Shown here: positions 36,921 through 50,999 of the stretch, piece after piece
How the letters are laid out: each line of letters begins with the position of its first letter
Numbering within the stretch: the first letter of the stretch is position 1
Assembly: GCA_043228905.1 (NCBI GenBank)
Contig: JBHGNT010000011.1
Coordinates: forward strand, 10,850,001-10,914,000
Direction: 5' to 3'
Origin: Azolla caroliniana
Taxonomy: Eukaryota; Plantae; Polypodiophyta
Length of the DNA stretch: 64,000 bases
The notes under the pieces: model-generated
Databases searched by the model: none
What the model saw: the letters and a program-made list of their open reading frames with translations, nothing else
Told to the model about the DNA's origin: nothing
Program-made: the position numbers and the translations under genes

Positions 36921-37303
36921 CAAGATATGCATCAACATCAACCTTTCTCATGATGCTCATAAATGCAAAGATGGGGAATGGATTATATTCATTCATTTCT
37001 CGGTGATAATTACGCAATCGATAAAGAAATATCATAGATTTCCGTTTTGTTGCGAAACAACATATTATACAGTTTTAGGGAAAATCCTACATGACCAAAT
37101 TTCCTAATGTGGGGTAGGGCTATGAATATAATTACATGAAGTACACTTGAGTCTTGACTTCCTTCACAAAATTTGATAGCAAGACATGCATCAGTGTCAA
37201 CATTTCTCATTATCTTCATAGATGCAAAGATGTGGAATGAATTATATTCATTCATTTCTTGGTGATAATTATGAACTCGATAAGGAAATATCATAGATTT
37301 CCT
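36921..37303. repeat. Degenerate direct duplication (~125-bp units at 36921-37045 and 37180-37303)
   Basis: Shared atgcaaagatg.ggaatg.attatattcattcatttct.ggtgataatta...gaaatatcatagatttcc. Confidence 0.75.
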
Positions 37304-37573
37304 TTTTCTAGACAACATATTCTACAATGAGCATTGATGAATTAATAACTAATTGATCCTATTTTTGTCCAATCTATATCAAACATGACTATTTGCTATA
37401 TTATCAATACAAAATCATAATAGAAATTTCATTTTCATTCTACAAAGTCATGAAAATTATGACATAATTTTGCTATGATGACAAAGGGGGGTCACAATGC
37501 TATATGTAGAACTATCCTTGTGCATGCAACCTAAGATGTTATATATTTGTTTGTCCATTATTGGTTTTTCAAT

Positions 37574-38450
37574 GTCATGAAATTGCTTTATTGATATATT
37601 TTGTTTTTTGCCCTCTGGGCATCAATGAATATTCAAGTTGCTCACAATATCTAAAATTCCTTACTCTACTAAGATGTTTTGTAGTATTTTGAAATTGGAC
37701 AAAGACATGATATGTAATGAGTATAGTCAAATTGTTAAGTGAAGCCAATCATTTCAACATTTGATTTTTATTGCATTAATGCAATTAATGGACAATAACC
37801 AAAAACCTCTTACAATCATAATGTTTACTAAACCAATTTTCAAGCTGCAATATATAATCCAACTATCTCTTTATTTAACGAAAAATGACATCTTCCATAA
37901 TTTGAAAATCTTCATTTGTTTATAGTATACAACATATTATGTTGTCTCTTTAATTATTACTAGTAGGCAGCTTTGCATATGATACAGGTAAGAACCTTTC
38001 TATATGTAATGCAAATTGTGCACTTATTCAATTTATAGCTACTTACTAAGAAATACGTTTTTATTGTAACATGATGTGTGTTGCAATTGCATCCCATAGA
38101 AGTAGGGACACATAAGATCCTTTCATATTTTTGTCCATCATAATATTGCCTCATCAATCAATTTTCTTTGGTTTTCTTTTTTTGTTCAACACATTGACGA
38201 ATGTTTAATTTGCCAATAAATGGTATGTTCTACTATTTATATCAAAGATATGGGGTGGGTGTTCCATAGGGTTTTAAACTCACCATTTATCATGTTAAGC
38301 TCTTTTCATCCTAAAACTAACCTTTATATTTCTGAAATTATAGTTGAGTTGTCACAAAGTTAATTAGACTACTACAAGCTACATGATTCAATAATGCTAT
38401 CAATTATATTAATTAGTATTTCCATTATTGTAAATTGTATTGGCACTAAT
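37574..38450. repeat. Old dispersed repeat, direct copy at ~50072-50950
   Basis: Collinear shared words gtcatgaaattgc.ttattgatatattt, acaaagacatgatatgtaa, cattta.catgttaag, cctttatattt, tattggcac.aat. Confidence 0.6.
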
Positions 38451-39559
38451 CATAATTCCTATTATTATAACTAAATTATTTATTACAATACTTTGCTAGA
38501 GTATGCTAAGCACCCTAGTGTTTGATTATTTTCTATGTAAACATATACCTGGGAGTAGAAACAAGAGAAGGTTCACATAATACAAGTTCTAATCCATAAA
38601 GCAACAAATCATCTTCCCAAACATTGGCCTCTTTTCCAAGTAACCATACTAACACATTTGCATATAAACAATTAAGTGTTAACACAATCTTAGACTTGCT
38701 TTCATCGAACATGCACAACTTTACTACAATCATATTGATTGGATGGTCTCATTATCTTCCATACTCCATGATCATTATGGGGCAATCCCCTTTGTAAACC
38801 TCAACCCTTTTTAAGGCAATCTCACATTTTCAAGGAGAAACAACTAGGTATTACCACAATATGAAATACGATATGTTTGTGGTTTACAAATGCTAGATTC
38901 GTAAGTGTCCTCTACTATTGTCAAGTTTTGATGCTCCCAAACATCACATTGTGCTCAAGAATCAAGTCTCAAATCTAGAAATTGGTTAATGTTGTATTGT
39001 CTTATTCATATTAATGCCAAATTAGCATCCAATTCATAAGCTATTGATAAACACTCATCGTTTTGCTTAAGTTTTTAATCTTCAATAATGATCATCCTAC
39101 TCATTTATCAACCCATATTAAAGATATAGGAGGCTTATCAACATAGACTCCTATTATAGTCCTTTTGTATTGATACTAAATTATTGAATACTTTCATAAG
39201 TGATTGATATTGACACTCATCATCATCGTTATGTATCAAGATTGCAACCTTGAATGACAATCATCCTATTCTTACGTGGTGAATGTCCTCATGATAAATT
39301 AACCTTTAATATTGGAAGGGCAAAGTGTACACACCAAATATGTAACATGTTACATAGATCTCGTAACAGATAGCTAGATATTTTTTAGTGCCCATAGGCA
39401 AATATTGACCCATAGGACCTAAGTACAAAAGTTGTTTTGATGTGTGTCTCCTTCCTAAGAAGGTATATTCATACTTTGAAACACCAAGTCTCATTGTGCG
39501 AATAAGACATACACATATGAGTTCTCTTTAGTATGATACTCAAGTCATTACACCCTCTT

Positions 39560-40150
39560 AATATATCATCATAGCTTTCGCAAATTGCACTATGTAGATG
39601 TAGAGCATGTAAAAAGCAAGTTATATTCATGATCCTCAACTAAACCTTTCTTGCATACCTTACATGTCTTTATATTTGGCTGATTTTCACTCCATAATGC
39701 AACTTCGATACGTAGGTTGTGTGATCGAGTGCGATGGAGTGTTAGGGTTCTACAAAAGTTAATGCTCATGTTAGTAATGACATAAGGTTGAATATAATCA
39801 ATAGGCCTTCTTGCCTTATATAGAACCCAACATTCAACATTGATGTTTGCAATTTAATATTCTAATTTTGTTCTTCCAACATCTTTCCACTTCTTCCTTA
39901 AGTGAGTCCATTAATCTTTCCTCAATAATACATACTTTATAGCATCACTTGAAAACTTTGGGAGATCTTCCCCCACCCATCTTTTGAACCATTTGTTGAT
40001 GTCAACTACCTAACCAAATGAGAGAATTTTACTCTTGTGACGCCTTTGTAGTTTACATCTAACATTCCAAGTAAGATGTGGTAATCTATGATTTGGCATT
40101 TTCTTGACTTTTTAAATGTATCTATGTACTCTTTGTAGCACCAATATTGT
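39560..40150 (-). mobile_element. Highly degenerate LINE (RTE/RTEX-like) 3' end
   Basis: Minus-strand translation RTRSHNLRIEVALW..KTCKVCKKGLVEDHEYNLLFTC resembles the LINE C-terminal R-x-SH-x-L-x-IE..C-x2-C..EDE-x-H..C zinc motif. Confidence 0.5.
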
Positions 40151-42373
40151 TATTAAACGTGGAGCAGAGAAATACAGTTCTTCTCCGAGACCTAAACGCA
40201 TGGACAACAAAATGAAGAGGAGAACTCTGAGAGCGCAGATCACTCACTTTAATGTGATATCATTATAATACTTGATCAAGTTGTGGAATTTATCCACTAC
40301 CACCAATGGCCATATTAGAAAAATAATACAAATTGCATTATTATTGTGTGTGTGTTGATGGGGGTTGGTGCCACTCATTAAATATATGGCTACAACATGT
40401 GTCAATTGAAATTGTTCATAAAGTTTGGGTTACATTGAAACAAATTACATTTACATGTAAAAAAATACCTTTGAAGGTGCATCAAGATATTTAATGAGAA
40501 GAGGGTACATTTTATTTTGAACTTATTCACAAATTTATTTTGAACTTACCACGATGCACATAGAGGGTTCACATATTGTCAATGCTAGTGTAAGTTTATA
40601 GTTTGTGTAAAAAATGCATTTGTTTGGAGAATACTTTACTTAGCATTTTGTTAATTTCTATCTTGTTTCATAAAATTATATCTCCCCTCTCAGAGTTTAT
40701 CATGTGAGAGAAGGCAGTTACAATAATTTACCACTCACAAATGTGCTTAACAATTTTAAGATCTATAAAAGTTATGATACTTGAGTGAAATCTCTAATAA
40801 GAAACCCAAATTAGAAGTATCTAATTGATTTTATCCTTCTTATGAATCAACTTGATACAATATATTGATTCAAGCATTTAATGTAGTGAATTGCTTGCAA
40901 CTTTTGTTGTGTAGGACATTATAATAATGATTGTTTCTATCCACAACATTGATTGTTTACCTTTTTCATTTGTCAAAGGATAATTTCCATTGGAGAGTGC
41001 AATCATTGATGCTTGAAGACATAGTCATGTATTAGCCAAACATAACATGAGCTAGAGATATAAGGCTAAATTCAGGTACATGATGATACTCTAAGAATGT
41101 GTGAACATGTCGAGGATGATGCTGAGAGGGTATGCTTTTGTTCAAATGGGAAGTTCATACAAGTATAAGTTCAATGTTTATATGGACTCACATATTGGGA
41201 TATGAGTCAATGACTATAATTATAGCCTTATATAACCCAAGTGTTGCATGCAATTCTTGATTAATCATTCATGTGCAAATATAATAGCATTATGAACCGA
41301 AGTTATTTACTTACTCTCTTTCAATATACATTACATGTGCATTTATGTATAAGTGCAATTACGCATGCATTAAACAACATAGACATATAAGCACCCAAAC
41401 ACTATGTAGCTGACGGGCCTTCTCTCTATTGATTTGGCCTCATCTTAAAGCAAACCTTTCATTTTAAGGCATAAATAACTAATCACCATCAATGAAATCC
41501 AAGATATGTTAAGGTCTCCATGCACAACCATATGAGATTAGTAGCCACGAATGTTTGATCCCATAGATTATTGATGCTTTTAAATATGACAATCAAAATT
41601 GTTATGCAAATGGAGAAAATGTCATGCCAATTTGATGGGGAGCATTTATGTTTATTCATCTACATAAAAAGTTATGTCTTTTAACTTTTTCCTTGACCAA
41701 GACATGTTGGGGCCCCTACCCATTAGGTGAGCTAAAGGGAACAAAAATAAAATTTCAAAGAAAGTTACTGAAACGAAATAAGGACTTTTCACCCATAAGT
41801 ATAATGTCATTTAAATTTTTCCTTGACCAAGGGAGATCATAGGCTTGGGCGTCATGTAGATGTGAAGAGGTGAAAGGAACAAAATTGATGTTTCAAATAA
41901 ATTTATCGAAGAGGAGCCACGGACTTTAGTCAAGAGTCTCTCTCTATACATGTATATATACATATATACTCATATATGTAAATATATGTAAATAAATAAA
42001 TAGATATATGTATAAAGGGAAGCACAACACAATTTTTATTATGACAATCTCTTCCACCTACAAACCTTGTAAGTTGTAAGTATAGACTCTCTCTCTCTCG
42101 TTTATCATGCATCATTAATTAGGCATATGTGATTAGTCATTGATTATGCCTTAATTTTTATACCTTGAAAGTGACCAATTGATTGATTAAAAAATGTGAT
42201 TTAGTTACTAATTTATTATGTTCGAAGTTATATCACATACCATGCGATTGGGATTGCATAGTGGCCTAATTAAAAGTACCATGTCCAATGTATATGATGA
42301 GTTTCTTATGAAAGTCTCACTATCTACTGTTGCTTCCATCATATGCCATGCCATTGTAATTGAATCTTGGCCT

Positions 42374-42379
42374 TATAAA
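42374..42379 (+). promoter_or_regulatory. Candidate TATA box of the P450 gene
   Basis: cctTATAAAc ~160 bp upstream of the ATG at 42540, in an AT-rich context. Confidence 0.25.
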
Positions 42380-42539
42380 CTACTCTAGCGGTGGGAAAAA
42401 TGGGAAGCTTCCTGTAGTTTAGATATTGTGTGGAAAAGATCTAAATTTTACTTCATATTATGAAACATGATGTATGGAAACAACTCATGAATTGACAAAC
42501 TCCCTTAAATTTGTCTGGATTTAATTGGTGGTAGGAAAC

Positions 42540-44156
42540 ATGGATCTTGCGACGAGTGATGATCATGCAATGATGAAGATAATAACGACGGGGATTCAAC
42601 ATGTGTTAATAGAGAGTACAATATTAGCTCCATGGCAATGGATGGAGGTAATATTGTGGATTATTGTGGCATTAATAGGGGTCTTTTGTATGCGGGCAAT
42701 GGCACAGAAGAAACGGCCAAAAAATCCTGTGGACTGGCCCTTGGTAGGGATGTTGCCAGGATTAATCGCCAACATGCACAATTTCTATGATTGGTTTTCA
42801 GAGGTATTGATAGACAATGGGGGGAGCTTCCAATTTTGGGGACCTTGGTTCACAAAATTTAATTATTTTACCACAATTGATCCAAGGAATGTGGAGCATG
42901 TTTTACGACTTAAATTTTCAAACTACCCGAAAGGCCCGGATTTCCATTCCATATTCCACGATCTACTCGGGAATGGAATCTTCAATGCCGATGACGAACT
43001 ATGGAGGATGCAAAGAAAAGCTTCGAGCTTACAACTCAAATCACAAGAGTGCAAGAACTTTACAAGTGCCGCGATCATAAAGTCCGTGAACAACAAATTA
43101 CTACCAATCCTAAACCATTTGTCTACGGCTCGAGAACCCGTGGATTTGCAAGATTTGATGTTGCGTTTCACATTCGATACAATGTGTATGGTGGGCTTTG
43201 GGGTGGATACGGGCTACCTTTCACCGGAGCTCCCTTTCATTCCCTTTGCTTCGGCCTTCGAGACGGCACTTGATTGCACGACCCTCCGATTTTTTATCCC
43301 CTCGTCTTGGTGGCGCGCCTTTAGGTTCCTTCGAGTCGGAAAGGAGTCTCACATGCCATCATCCCTCGTAGTTATCGATCGCTTCATCAACCATGTCATT
43401 ACTACTCGTCGCCTTGAACTCCAAGTGAACAACACCACCAACAACCCAAGTTCCAAAGCCGACTTATTGACTTGCTTCATGAAACTTGGAGTCGATTCAT
43501 GTGATGACAAATTCCTCAAAGACATATCGATCAACTTCTTGCTTGCCGGTCGTGACACCTCTGCCCTTGCTCTTTCTTGGTTCTTTTGGTTGGTCTCTAC
43601 CCATCCACATGTGGAAGAGAAACTTGTCAATGAAGTGAATCAAGTCATGGGTTCTTCGGATAAATTCTCACTTACTCCTGAAAAGCTCAACCAAATGACC
43701 TACCTCCATGCTGCATTATCGGAATCCCTTCGCCTTTACCCATCAGTGCCCATCGAAGTAAAACATATACTAGAGGACGATATCTTACCCGATGGGAACC
43801 ATCTCAAAAAGAATGATAGACTCATATTCAACACCTATGGCATGGGTCGAATGGAAAGCATTTGGGGTTCCGATTCAAGATCTTTTCGCCCCGAACGTTG
43901 GTTCTCCGATGATGGCACCTCATGCGTATCACATATTTCGCCGTTCCAATACCCCGCATTCAATGCAGGTCCTAGGATATGTCTAGGGAAAGACATGGCC
44001 TATTTCCTAATGAAGACAGTTGCATCGACGATGCTATACAATTTTAAAATCTCCGTGGTGCCTGGACACAAAGTTGTTCCTAAACTTTCCATCACTTTAT
44101 ATATGAAACATGGTCTGCTCGTCACTTTGGAACCGCGAAAACCCTTGGAGGCATAA
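42540..44156 (+). CDS. Intronless cytochrome P450, CYP86 clan (CYP86/94/704-like, probable fatty-acid hydroxylase)
   Basis: Uninterrupted ORF (first ATG 42540): N-terminal TM helix, WPLVGMLP hinge, NYPKG and LLGNGIFNADDELW (CYP86-clan typical), I-helix LAGRDTS, K-helix ESLRLYPSVP, FRPERW, heme motif FNAGPRICLG. Confidence 0.95.
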   Translation: MDLATSDDHAMMKIITTGIQHVLIESTILAPWQWMEVILWIIVALIGVFCMRAMAQKKRPKNPVDWPLVGMLPGLIANMHNFYDWFSEVLIDNGGSFQFWGPWFTKFNYFTTIDPRNVEHVLRLKFSNYPKGPDFHSIFHDLLGNGIFNADDELWRMQRKASSLQLKSQECKNFTSAAIIKSVNNKLLPILNHLSTAREPVDLQDLMLRFTFDTMCMVGFGVDTGYLSPELPFIPFASAFETALDCTTLRFFIPSSWWRAFRFLRVGKESHMPSSLVVIDRFINHVITTRRLELQVNNTTNNPSSKADLLTCFMKLGVDSCDDKFLKDISINFLLAGRDTSALALSWFFWLVSTHPHVEEKLVNEVNQVMGSSDKFSLTPEKLNQMTYLHAALSESLRLYPSVPIEVKHILEDDILPDGNHLKKNDRLIFNTYGMGRMESIWGSDSRSFRPERWFSDDGTSCVSHISPFQYPAFNAGPRICLGKDMAYFLMKTVASTMLYNFKISVVPGHKVVPKLSITLYMKHGLLVTLEPRKPLEA

Positions 44157-44704
44157 TCCTTCGATTTCTACCATATTGCATATTAAGTATAATCTACTTT
44201 TGAATTTAGCCAAGTGTTGTTTCGAATTGTGACAATAATATGCCAAATCTGTTCATTATCATTTAATTTAGATGCCACATATTGTAAATTTCTCTCCTCG
44301 TATATAATTCTAGATGAGGCTACAATCGTTCACCACCAACCTATAATGTAAAATACATCTTATCATGATGTAATTAATGCCTCAAATATCATGTAAATAT
44401 AGATAGCTTCTTAGTATTAGATCTTATTGTTAGGCCATTGTAACATATATTGGAAAAAGAAAACATGATAGGCCATTGTAACAAAAAATAAAAAAGTGGA
44501 CAATGGCAAACGGATTAAAAGAGAACTATAAAAAATAGTCTTGAAGGAAAATATATTCACTCAACTTTCACATGCAATAGCCACCTCATACTTCAAAATT
44601 GAAGACAACATTTAGACACTAAGATATATTGTAATTTGCATAGAACAAAAGTAGCTTTGAATTTCACTAGCAAATGTCTCATGAGTTACTATGGAATAAT
44701 GACC

Positions 44705-45093
44705 CCATTGGAGTTGTCTTACTAGAGATATTGCGTGGTGGATATATATACATCACAAATTATTGGTACTTACATCTTGAAATATTCATGGTAGGATATA
44801 GGCTCTACTTGTAAAGTATAGGAAAAAAAATATCCACATCCGATTCTTGACTCTTAGGAAAAGTAGGTTATGATGGGCCCTTTGCTCCACCTTCCATAAC
44901 CTCATTGGAGTTGTCTTACTAGAGATACTGCATGATGGATATGTACATCACAAATTCTTGATAGTTAGATCTTGAAATATTCATCATGGGATATAAGCTA
45001 CACTTGTAAAGTAAATAAAGATAGAAAAAAAAATATCCACATCCCATTCTTGACTCCTAGGAAAAGTTATGATGGGCCATTTGCTCCACCTTC
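44705..45093. repeat. Tandem duplication, ~195-bp unit x2
   Basis: cattggagttgtcttactagagata...ttatgatgggcc.tttgctccaccttc occurs at 44705-44894 and 44903-45093. Confidence 0.9.
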
Positions 45094-45540
45094 ATTTTGG
45101 AATTAAAAAAGATCAAAAGATACAACTCAAAATTATATAATAAAATTTTGTAAGAGGAACTTTGATCACTTTCCATATACCTTTGTGCGTGCATTGGTGT
45201 AAAATGTGTGATAATATGTTAGTAAATTGTAGAGAATAATCTAAGCAATTATGGAACCAGTGAAGTGCTACCATGTCAATGACCAAATTGTAGGGAATAA
45301 TCTCAACAATCATGAAACCAATGAACTGTTACCATGTCAATGAGCTATATAAACCATGTCCATTATGTAACACAATCAAATCCATAGTTTAACATGTCAA
45401 TGAAAAACATTCATTAACTTTAATCAATTTCCATTTTCATGTCAATCCAATAATGTCTTTACCCATAAAGAAGCATTTTGCTCAATGTGATGAAATTGAA
45501 AACATAGGAGGATTTGGAGTAGGTTGAGAATCATGCAATT

Positions 45541-45957
45541 AGAATCGAGACAAATACAATAAATGAAAAATAGCTAGGAACAAGCAAGTAAAAGAGAACT
45601 AGTATGATTGATTTTCAATGCCCAACATTGAGATCTACTCCCCTTTATTACATTTGGATGTACAACCCTTCACATGTGGCTTATGTAATGCATGTCTATG
45701 CACACCTCTACAAGCTTGGGATACATAATCCTTCATATGTAGAAGATCAGAATCAAGACAAATACAAGAAATGAAAAAGAGCTAGGAAAAAGCAAGTACA
45801 AAAGAACTACTAATGATTGGGATTCAATGCCCAACATTGACATCTACTCCCTTTTAATACATTTGGATGTACAATCCTTCATATGTGGGTTATCTAATGA
45901 ATGTCTATGCACACCTCTACAACTTGAGAATACATAATCCTTCATATGAGGAGATCT
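45541..45957. repeat. Tandem duplication, ~208-bp unit x2
   Basis: agaatc.agacaaatacaa...atacataatccttcatatg..gatc occurs at 45541-45748 and 45749-45957. Confidence 0.9.
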
Positions 45958-47499
45958 AATGCATGATATGCACACCAATTCTACAAACTCATAAGAATCT
46001 TTTTCATACAAGCTTATAATCTACGAATGTACAATCTTGCTCTCCTTGGTGTCCATATTTTTATCCCAATACCTCTTTATAAACAATAATATTCAACCTT
46101 CACCAATATTATGCCATACATGGATTTATATACCAATTGAATATCAATTGGAAACCTTGGATAAGTTGGTGTAAGTGGTTAATATAGAAGAATATATTTA
46201 CGATTATGTTAACATACAAGCAGTAAGCATGTATGTGAGCCACATGAGCTACATGTAAATGTGAGTTACTACAAGGCTAACCATATGCTAAACTATATCT
46301 TGATCTATTAGGTTTAATGTTATGTACATATAATCACTCAGGATGTGCATAATGAGATGTTATATGTATATCATGAATGTGGATAATTGTCAAAATCTGA
46401 ACTACCTTAGGATATGAGCATTGGGATGTGTGATACAATATATTTAATTTGTCTACATCGCGCTCATCTCATCTTGCAACATTGTAAACTAGAAGACCTC
46501 ATGTGGTTTCACTTTAACTTGTTTCACACTAGCCTTTTTGAAATTGTAAGGAAAAAGACCAAAATATCTCTAATCTTTCACAAAATTACAAAACTCCCTT
46601 CAAATTTTCAAATTCATGAGAATTTTCAAGATACCCCTCAATTTTGGAATTTTGGAATTTTCTCTTTGGTTTCTCTCTTTCTATATTGTAATCTCCCTTC
46701 TTAGGAAGAACTCACATATGAGATATAATGTTTATTTAGTCCCATTGGTCAACATTATCCATCTCTCTCTACATGAGAGGGTGATAATGCTTGCATGGAA
46801 GAACCTAAAGTACCAACTAAAATTATACACTCACAATATTTTGAAGAAACAAGTGAATGTATATTGTGCGGATACAGTAATGGAATTTTGGATAATTTTC
46901 ATTAACACAATTAGTGTTTAGCAAGTTTGCCCACTCTCACCAATTTGCTTTCGCTTGTTTATTGATCAATTGGAACAAATGGTTATGGAGTTTGCAAAAT
47001 AAGATGGCATTGAAGAAGTTACCATTGTGAATGCAATTATCATGTTTTTCTATATTCTTGTGATGTGGGTTTTTTTAACGAAGACTTTCGAACAAGTCCA
47101 AAAGAGTAAGTTGCGAGTAAGTTTATGCTAGTGAGGACTAACGATAAGAATAAAATATTTATTTGGAAAATAATGAGCCGCCCAAAATGGTAGAAAGCTT
47201 TCAGTACATTAGGCTTGAGGTTCACTCAAAACATGTGTAATGAATGTGCTACTTTTCACTTGGAAGTGAGAAAGAGAGCATACTATGCATTTGAGAACAT
47301 ATGCGCCAAAAGAGAAATCAAATGTTGGGTTTTCAAGAAATACCTCTTTGACACTTAGGTGACACAAATATTTTTCGACGAGGTTGACTCATGAGGTGAT
47401 AACAAGAAATACCTTATGAAGTTTATCCATGTCAAAGACATAAACACCACTCATACTTCTATCGCTATGTATTGAGGCTTCCCATTGATTAAGTTCACG

Positions 47500-49690
47500 A
47501 GCATGGAAATGGTTTTTGAATACATGTTTAAGGTATAAAAAACCCTCACATCGATTCCCAAGAATTGCATGAGAAGCAAGTAAACGAAAATTCAAAAGGC
47601 AGAGAAGCAAAATTTTGAGTTAGATGACATATGAAGATAGGATGCATTGCTTAATGAAGCATTGTTAGATTCCGCTATGAATGAGGCTTTGTTGCAATGT
47701 TGATGAATCACAATATGGAAAAGACATGTAGGCTCGCTTTTGATATATTGTATCAAATATGTTGCTTCAAACTACAAACTATTCATTTCTCCGAATGAGG
47801 AAACCAAACTCATTTATACATATTAATGCCCATACCTTTGTCCACCATTCCCACCATTGCTTCCATACGACTTGGCTCACATTCTCTTCATGTGATACAA
47901 GGCATTGAAGAAATGGTCTTTGAGTACATACTATAGGTATAAAAAAACTCTTACATCGACTCCCAAGAATGGCATGGAAACAAGTAAAAGAAAATTCAAA
48001 AGACAGAGAAGCAAAATTTTGAGTTCTTTTTTTTCCAAAAAAAACACTATGCATTAGTGAACAAACAAATTACATCATAGATCACCAAAAATTCCTCTCA
48101 TCAACCCTCACCCTGGCCTTCCCACCAAATTGGACATAGTCCCCACCTCATTTTCAACAAAAGTATCCAAATAACTCCTATAACCTAGTAATTTGTACCA
48201 TATCTATACATATTTACACCTAGTCACTGATGGAAACCATTGGGGGAAATAGCCACCGGGGTGCTTGGTAGTTCCATTGAGGCCCTAATGATGATTTGCC
48301 CACCATAGGAGAACTACCCCATTTCAGCAAGAACTTTGATTGAGTTCTTTCAGTTGAATCAGATTCCCCCTTAATCGAGTCGTATCGTCCCCCCCAGCCA
48401 AGATACCAACTCAAACCAGATATTTAATAACACCTCACCGCTAGGGATCTTTTGTTGTTGAAAAACAAACTTACAACGCCTGGTCCAAATGTGCTAGATC
48501 GATAAACAAGCCACCATCATCCATATCTCTTCAAAAAATTCTGAGTTAGTGCAAAGTCGAACTCCAACCTATTGAAACACCTTGCCACCTTGCACTATAA
48601 ATCCATGACGTGGGGGTTTAACTGTTCAGCCCAACCTTCCCTTATTAACTTCAGCCCCTGTACAGACCCCCATACAACTCTCCCATTCACGTCGCATGCT
48701 GCCACTATCCTGAGACTTCTACCCCAAATGTTAATAGCTTCTCTGCAATTCCAAAAACAATGAGGAATTGATTCCAAAGGGTGTCCACAAATCTTGCAAC
48801 CAGCCTCACCACCATGACACCTAAGCCACTCCCCCACCGGTACTACTTTGTGACTAAGAAGCCACAAACAAAGCTTTATTTTTTTCGGCATATCGAACGC
48901 CCATAGCCTCCTCCAAAATGACTTCAACAATTCATCAGAAATGCCTTTATCCTTCCAACTATTGCGAGTTAGAGCAACACCCATCGATTTGGAGCCAATG
49001 ATTTCCCTTCCTAGCTTAGTAGTGTACTCGAAAAACCGTTCCAGTTTGTCCGTTCCTGGTTTTTGCCACCACACCTCTAGTGGATCCCAATCCAAATCAC
49101 ATAAGGGCTTGTTGTCAACTATCCAAAGCTTACAATCAGATTCTAGCTTCCCTGGGTCCGGGTTTACTTGCCACTTCTTACCTTGCAACACTGCCACTCG
49201 CACTGCGAACCACTGGCCATTGTCTGCCACAACACTTAGGTTGCCCCACAAATGATACTCATTAGATGAGCACCTGACTCGGATAATTTGTACATCGCCC
49301 TCACCTACAAACCACCCAAACCCGACCCCCTCTTCTTCATTCAGCCTAGCTAGACCGTCAACAATCTTATCTATCAAACGAGGGCAAAAGTTTGAGTTCT
49401 AGATGACATATGAAGAAATGTTTGGAAGATGGGATGCATTGCTTAATGAAGCATCGATAGATTCCTATATGAGTGAAGCTTTGTTGCAATGTTGATGTAT
49501 GTCAATGTGGAAGAGACATGTAGGCTCACTGTTGATATATTGTATCAAATATGTCACTTCAAACTACAAACTATTTATTTCTCCAAATGAGGAAACTAAA
49601 CTCATTTATACATGTTAATGTCCACTATCCCCACCATTGCTTCCATATAACTTAGCTCACATTCTCTTCATGGATACAAGGCATTGAAAC
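47500..49690. repeat. ~400-bp tandem repeat interrupted by a LINE
   Basis: 47500-47620 recurs at ~47905-48026, and 47608-47905 recurs at 49384-49687. Confidence 0.75.
48027..49383 (-). mobile_element. 5'-truncated L1-type LINE with A-tail and ~16-bp TSD
   Basis: ORF 48595-49377 has a zf-RVT motif (FWRRLW..PKKIKLCLWLL..CKICGHPLESIPHCFWNC); T8 run at 48027-48034; TSD gcaaaattttgagttc (48011-48026) / gcaaaagtttgagttc (49384-49399). Confidence 0.85.
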
Positions 49691-50999
49691 ACAAGCATGG
49701 AAATGCATTAACCATGTACATTATGCCATGGCCAAGTTTGTAATTTTGAATACCACACTTAATATAATAATTCACCTTCGATGAAATTCAAGTTAGCTTT
49801 CATTCATAGTCGATCCAATCTAATGCAATTAGACTAAGAAAACTTTCCTTGTGGTCACAAAGAAGTGTTTGTCAATCAAGCTCTTGACCATTGAGAGTTT
49901 TGTTTTTGTAATGTGAATCTCTCCCCATCAAGTACTAGATGAGCTACCCTTGGCACAACTCTTGCGTAAGTGAGGCTTCTATATAGGCGTGCACACACAT
50001 ATGCACACATGAACACAATGCGAGTCCGATAAGGGTCTCACTTCAAGTGCTATAGTATATTGATTTTTAGAGTCATGAAATTGCATTATTGATATATTTG
50101 GTCCATATGACTATTTAAGTTATCAAATGCTACTTTTTTTAACCCATTATGATGTTTTATAGACTTTTGATATTGTACAAAGACATGATATGTAACGCGT
50201 GTGGGCAAAATATTTCAACATGTGACTTCCACAATATATCATCAACTATCGCAAGACTCCAACTATCATAATGTTTTTTACACTGATTTGATAACTACTA
50301 CATGTGATCAAATATGTATTCACCTTGTACAAAATACAATCGTCCATAACTTCACAATCTTTGTTTGTTTGGATTATATAACATGATTCGTTGTCTCATC
50401 AATTATCACTAGTAACTACTTGTGCCTACTTAAAGTATGAGAAACTATTTGTATGGCAATTGACTCTTCACCAACGAATGACAAATGATGCTTGAACAAC
50501 AAATTACCAAATTTACTGACATGGTGAGAAATATGTTTTTAATGCTATACGATGCGTGTTATAATTGAATTCCATAAACCTATACATTCATGATTCTTTT
50601 ATGTTTTTCGCCATCATGATAATGCTTTACTTTAAGTTTTCTTTGCTTTATTTTTCTCCTCAATGCACTAATGACTGTTTAACTTGCAAATAAATGTTAT
50701 ATGCTAAAATCTATTTAGGGTATTGGGTGTGGTGTCCTAAAGGGTTCTAGCACAACATTTACCATGTTAAGATCTTCTCATACTATCATTATCCACTCAT
50801 TGGGGCTAATATAGGCCCTACCCTTTATATTTTTAGAAATATAATTGAGTACTCACAATGTGGATTGGATTAGTTCAAATTACATGAATAACAATGGGAT
50901 TGGTGTCTTAATCGATATTTTTATTATTATCAATTATATTGGCACAAATTATACTGGCAATGATAGTAATGGCATGGCTAATTCCACAACTAAGTGTTA

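Noticed and set aside
38500-39500. Short ORFs that might be viral or host-gene relics
   Set aside because: No recognisable motif could be assigned by eye; an HMM or BLASTX search would be needed.
42525-42539. TTG start of the 543-aa ORF in the track
   Set aside because: In a eukaryotic context the first in-frame ATG at 42540 (or a later Met) is the more plausible start.
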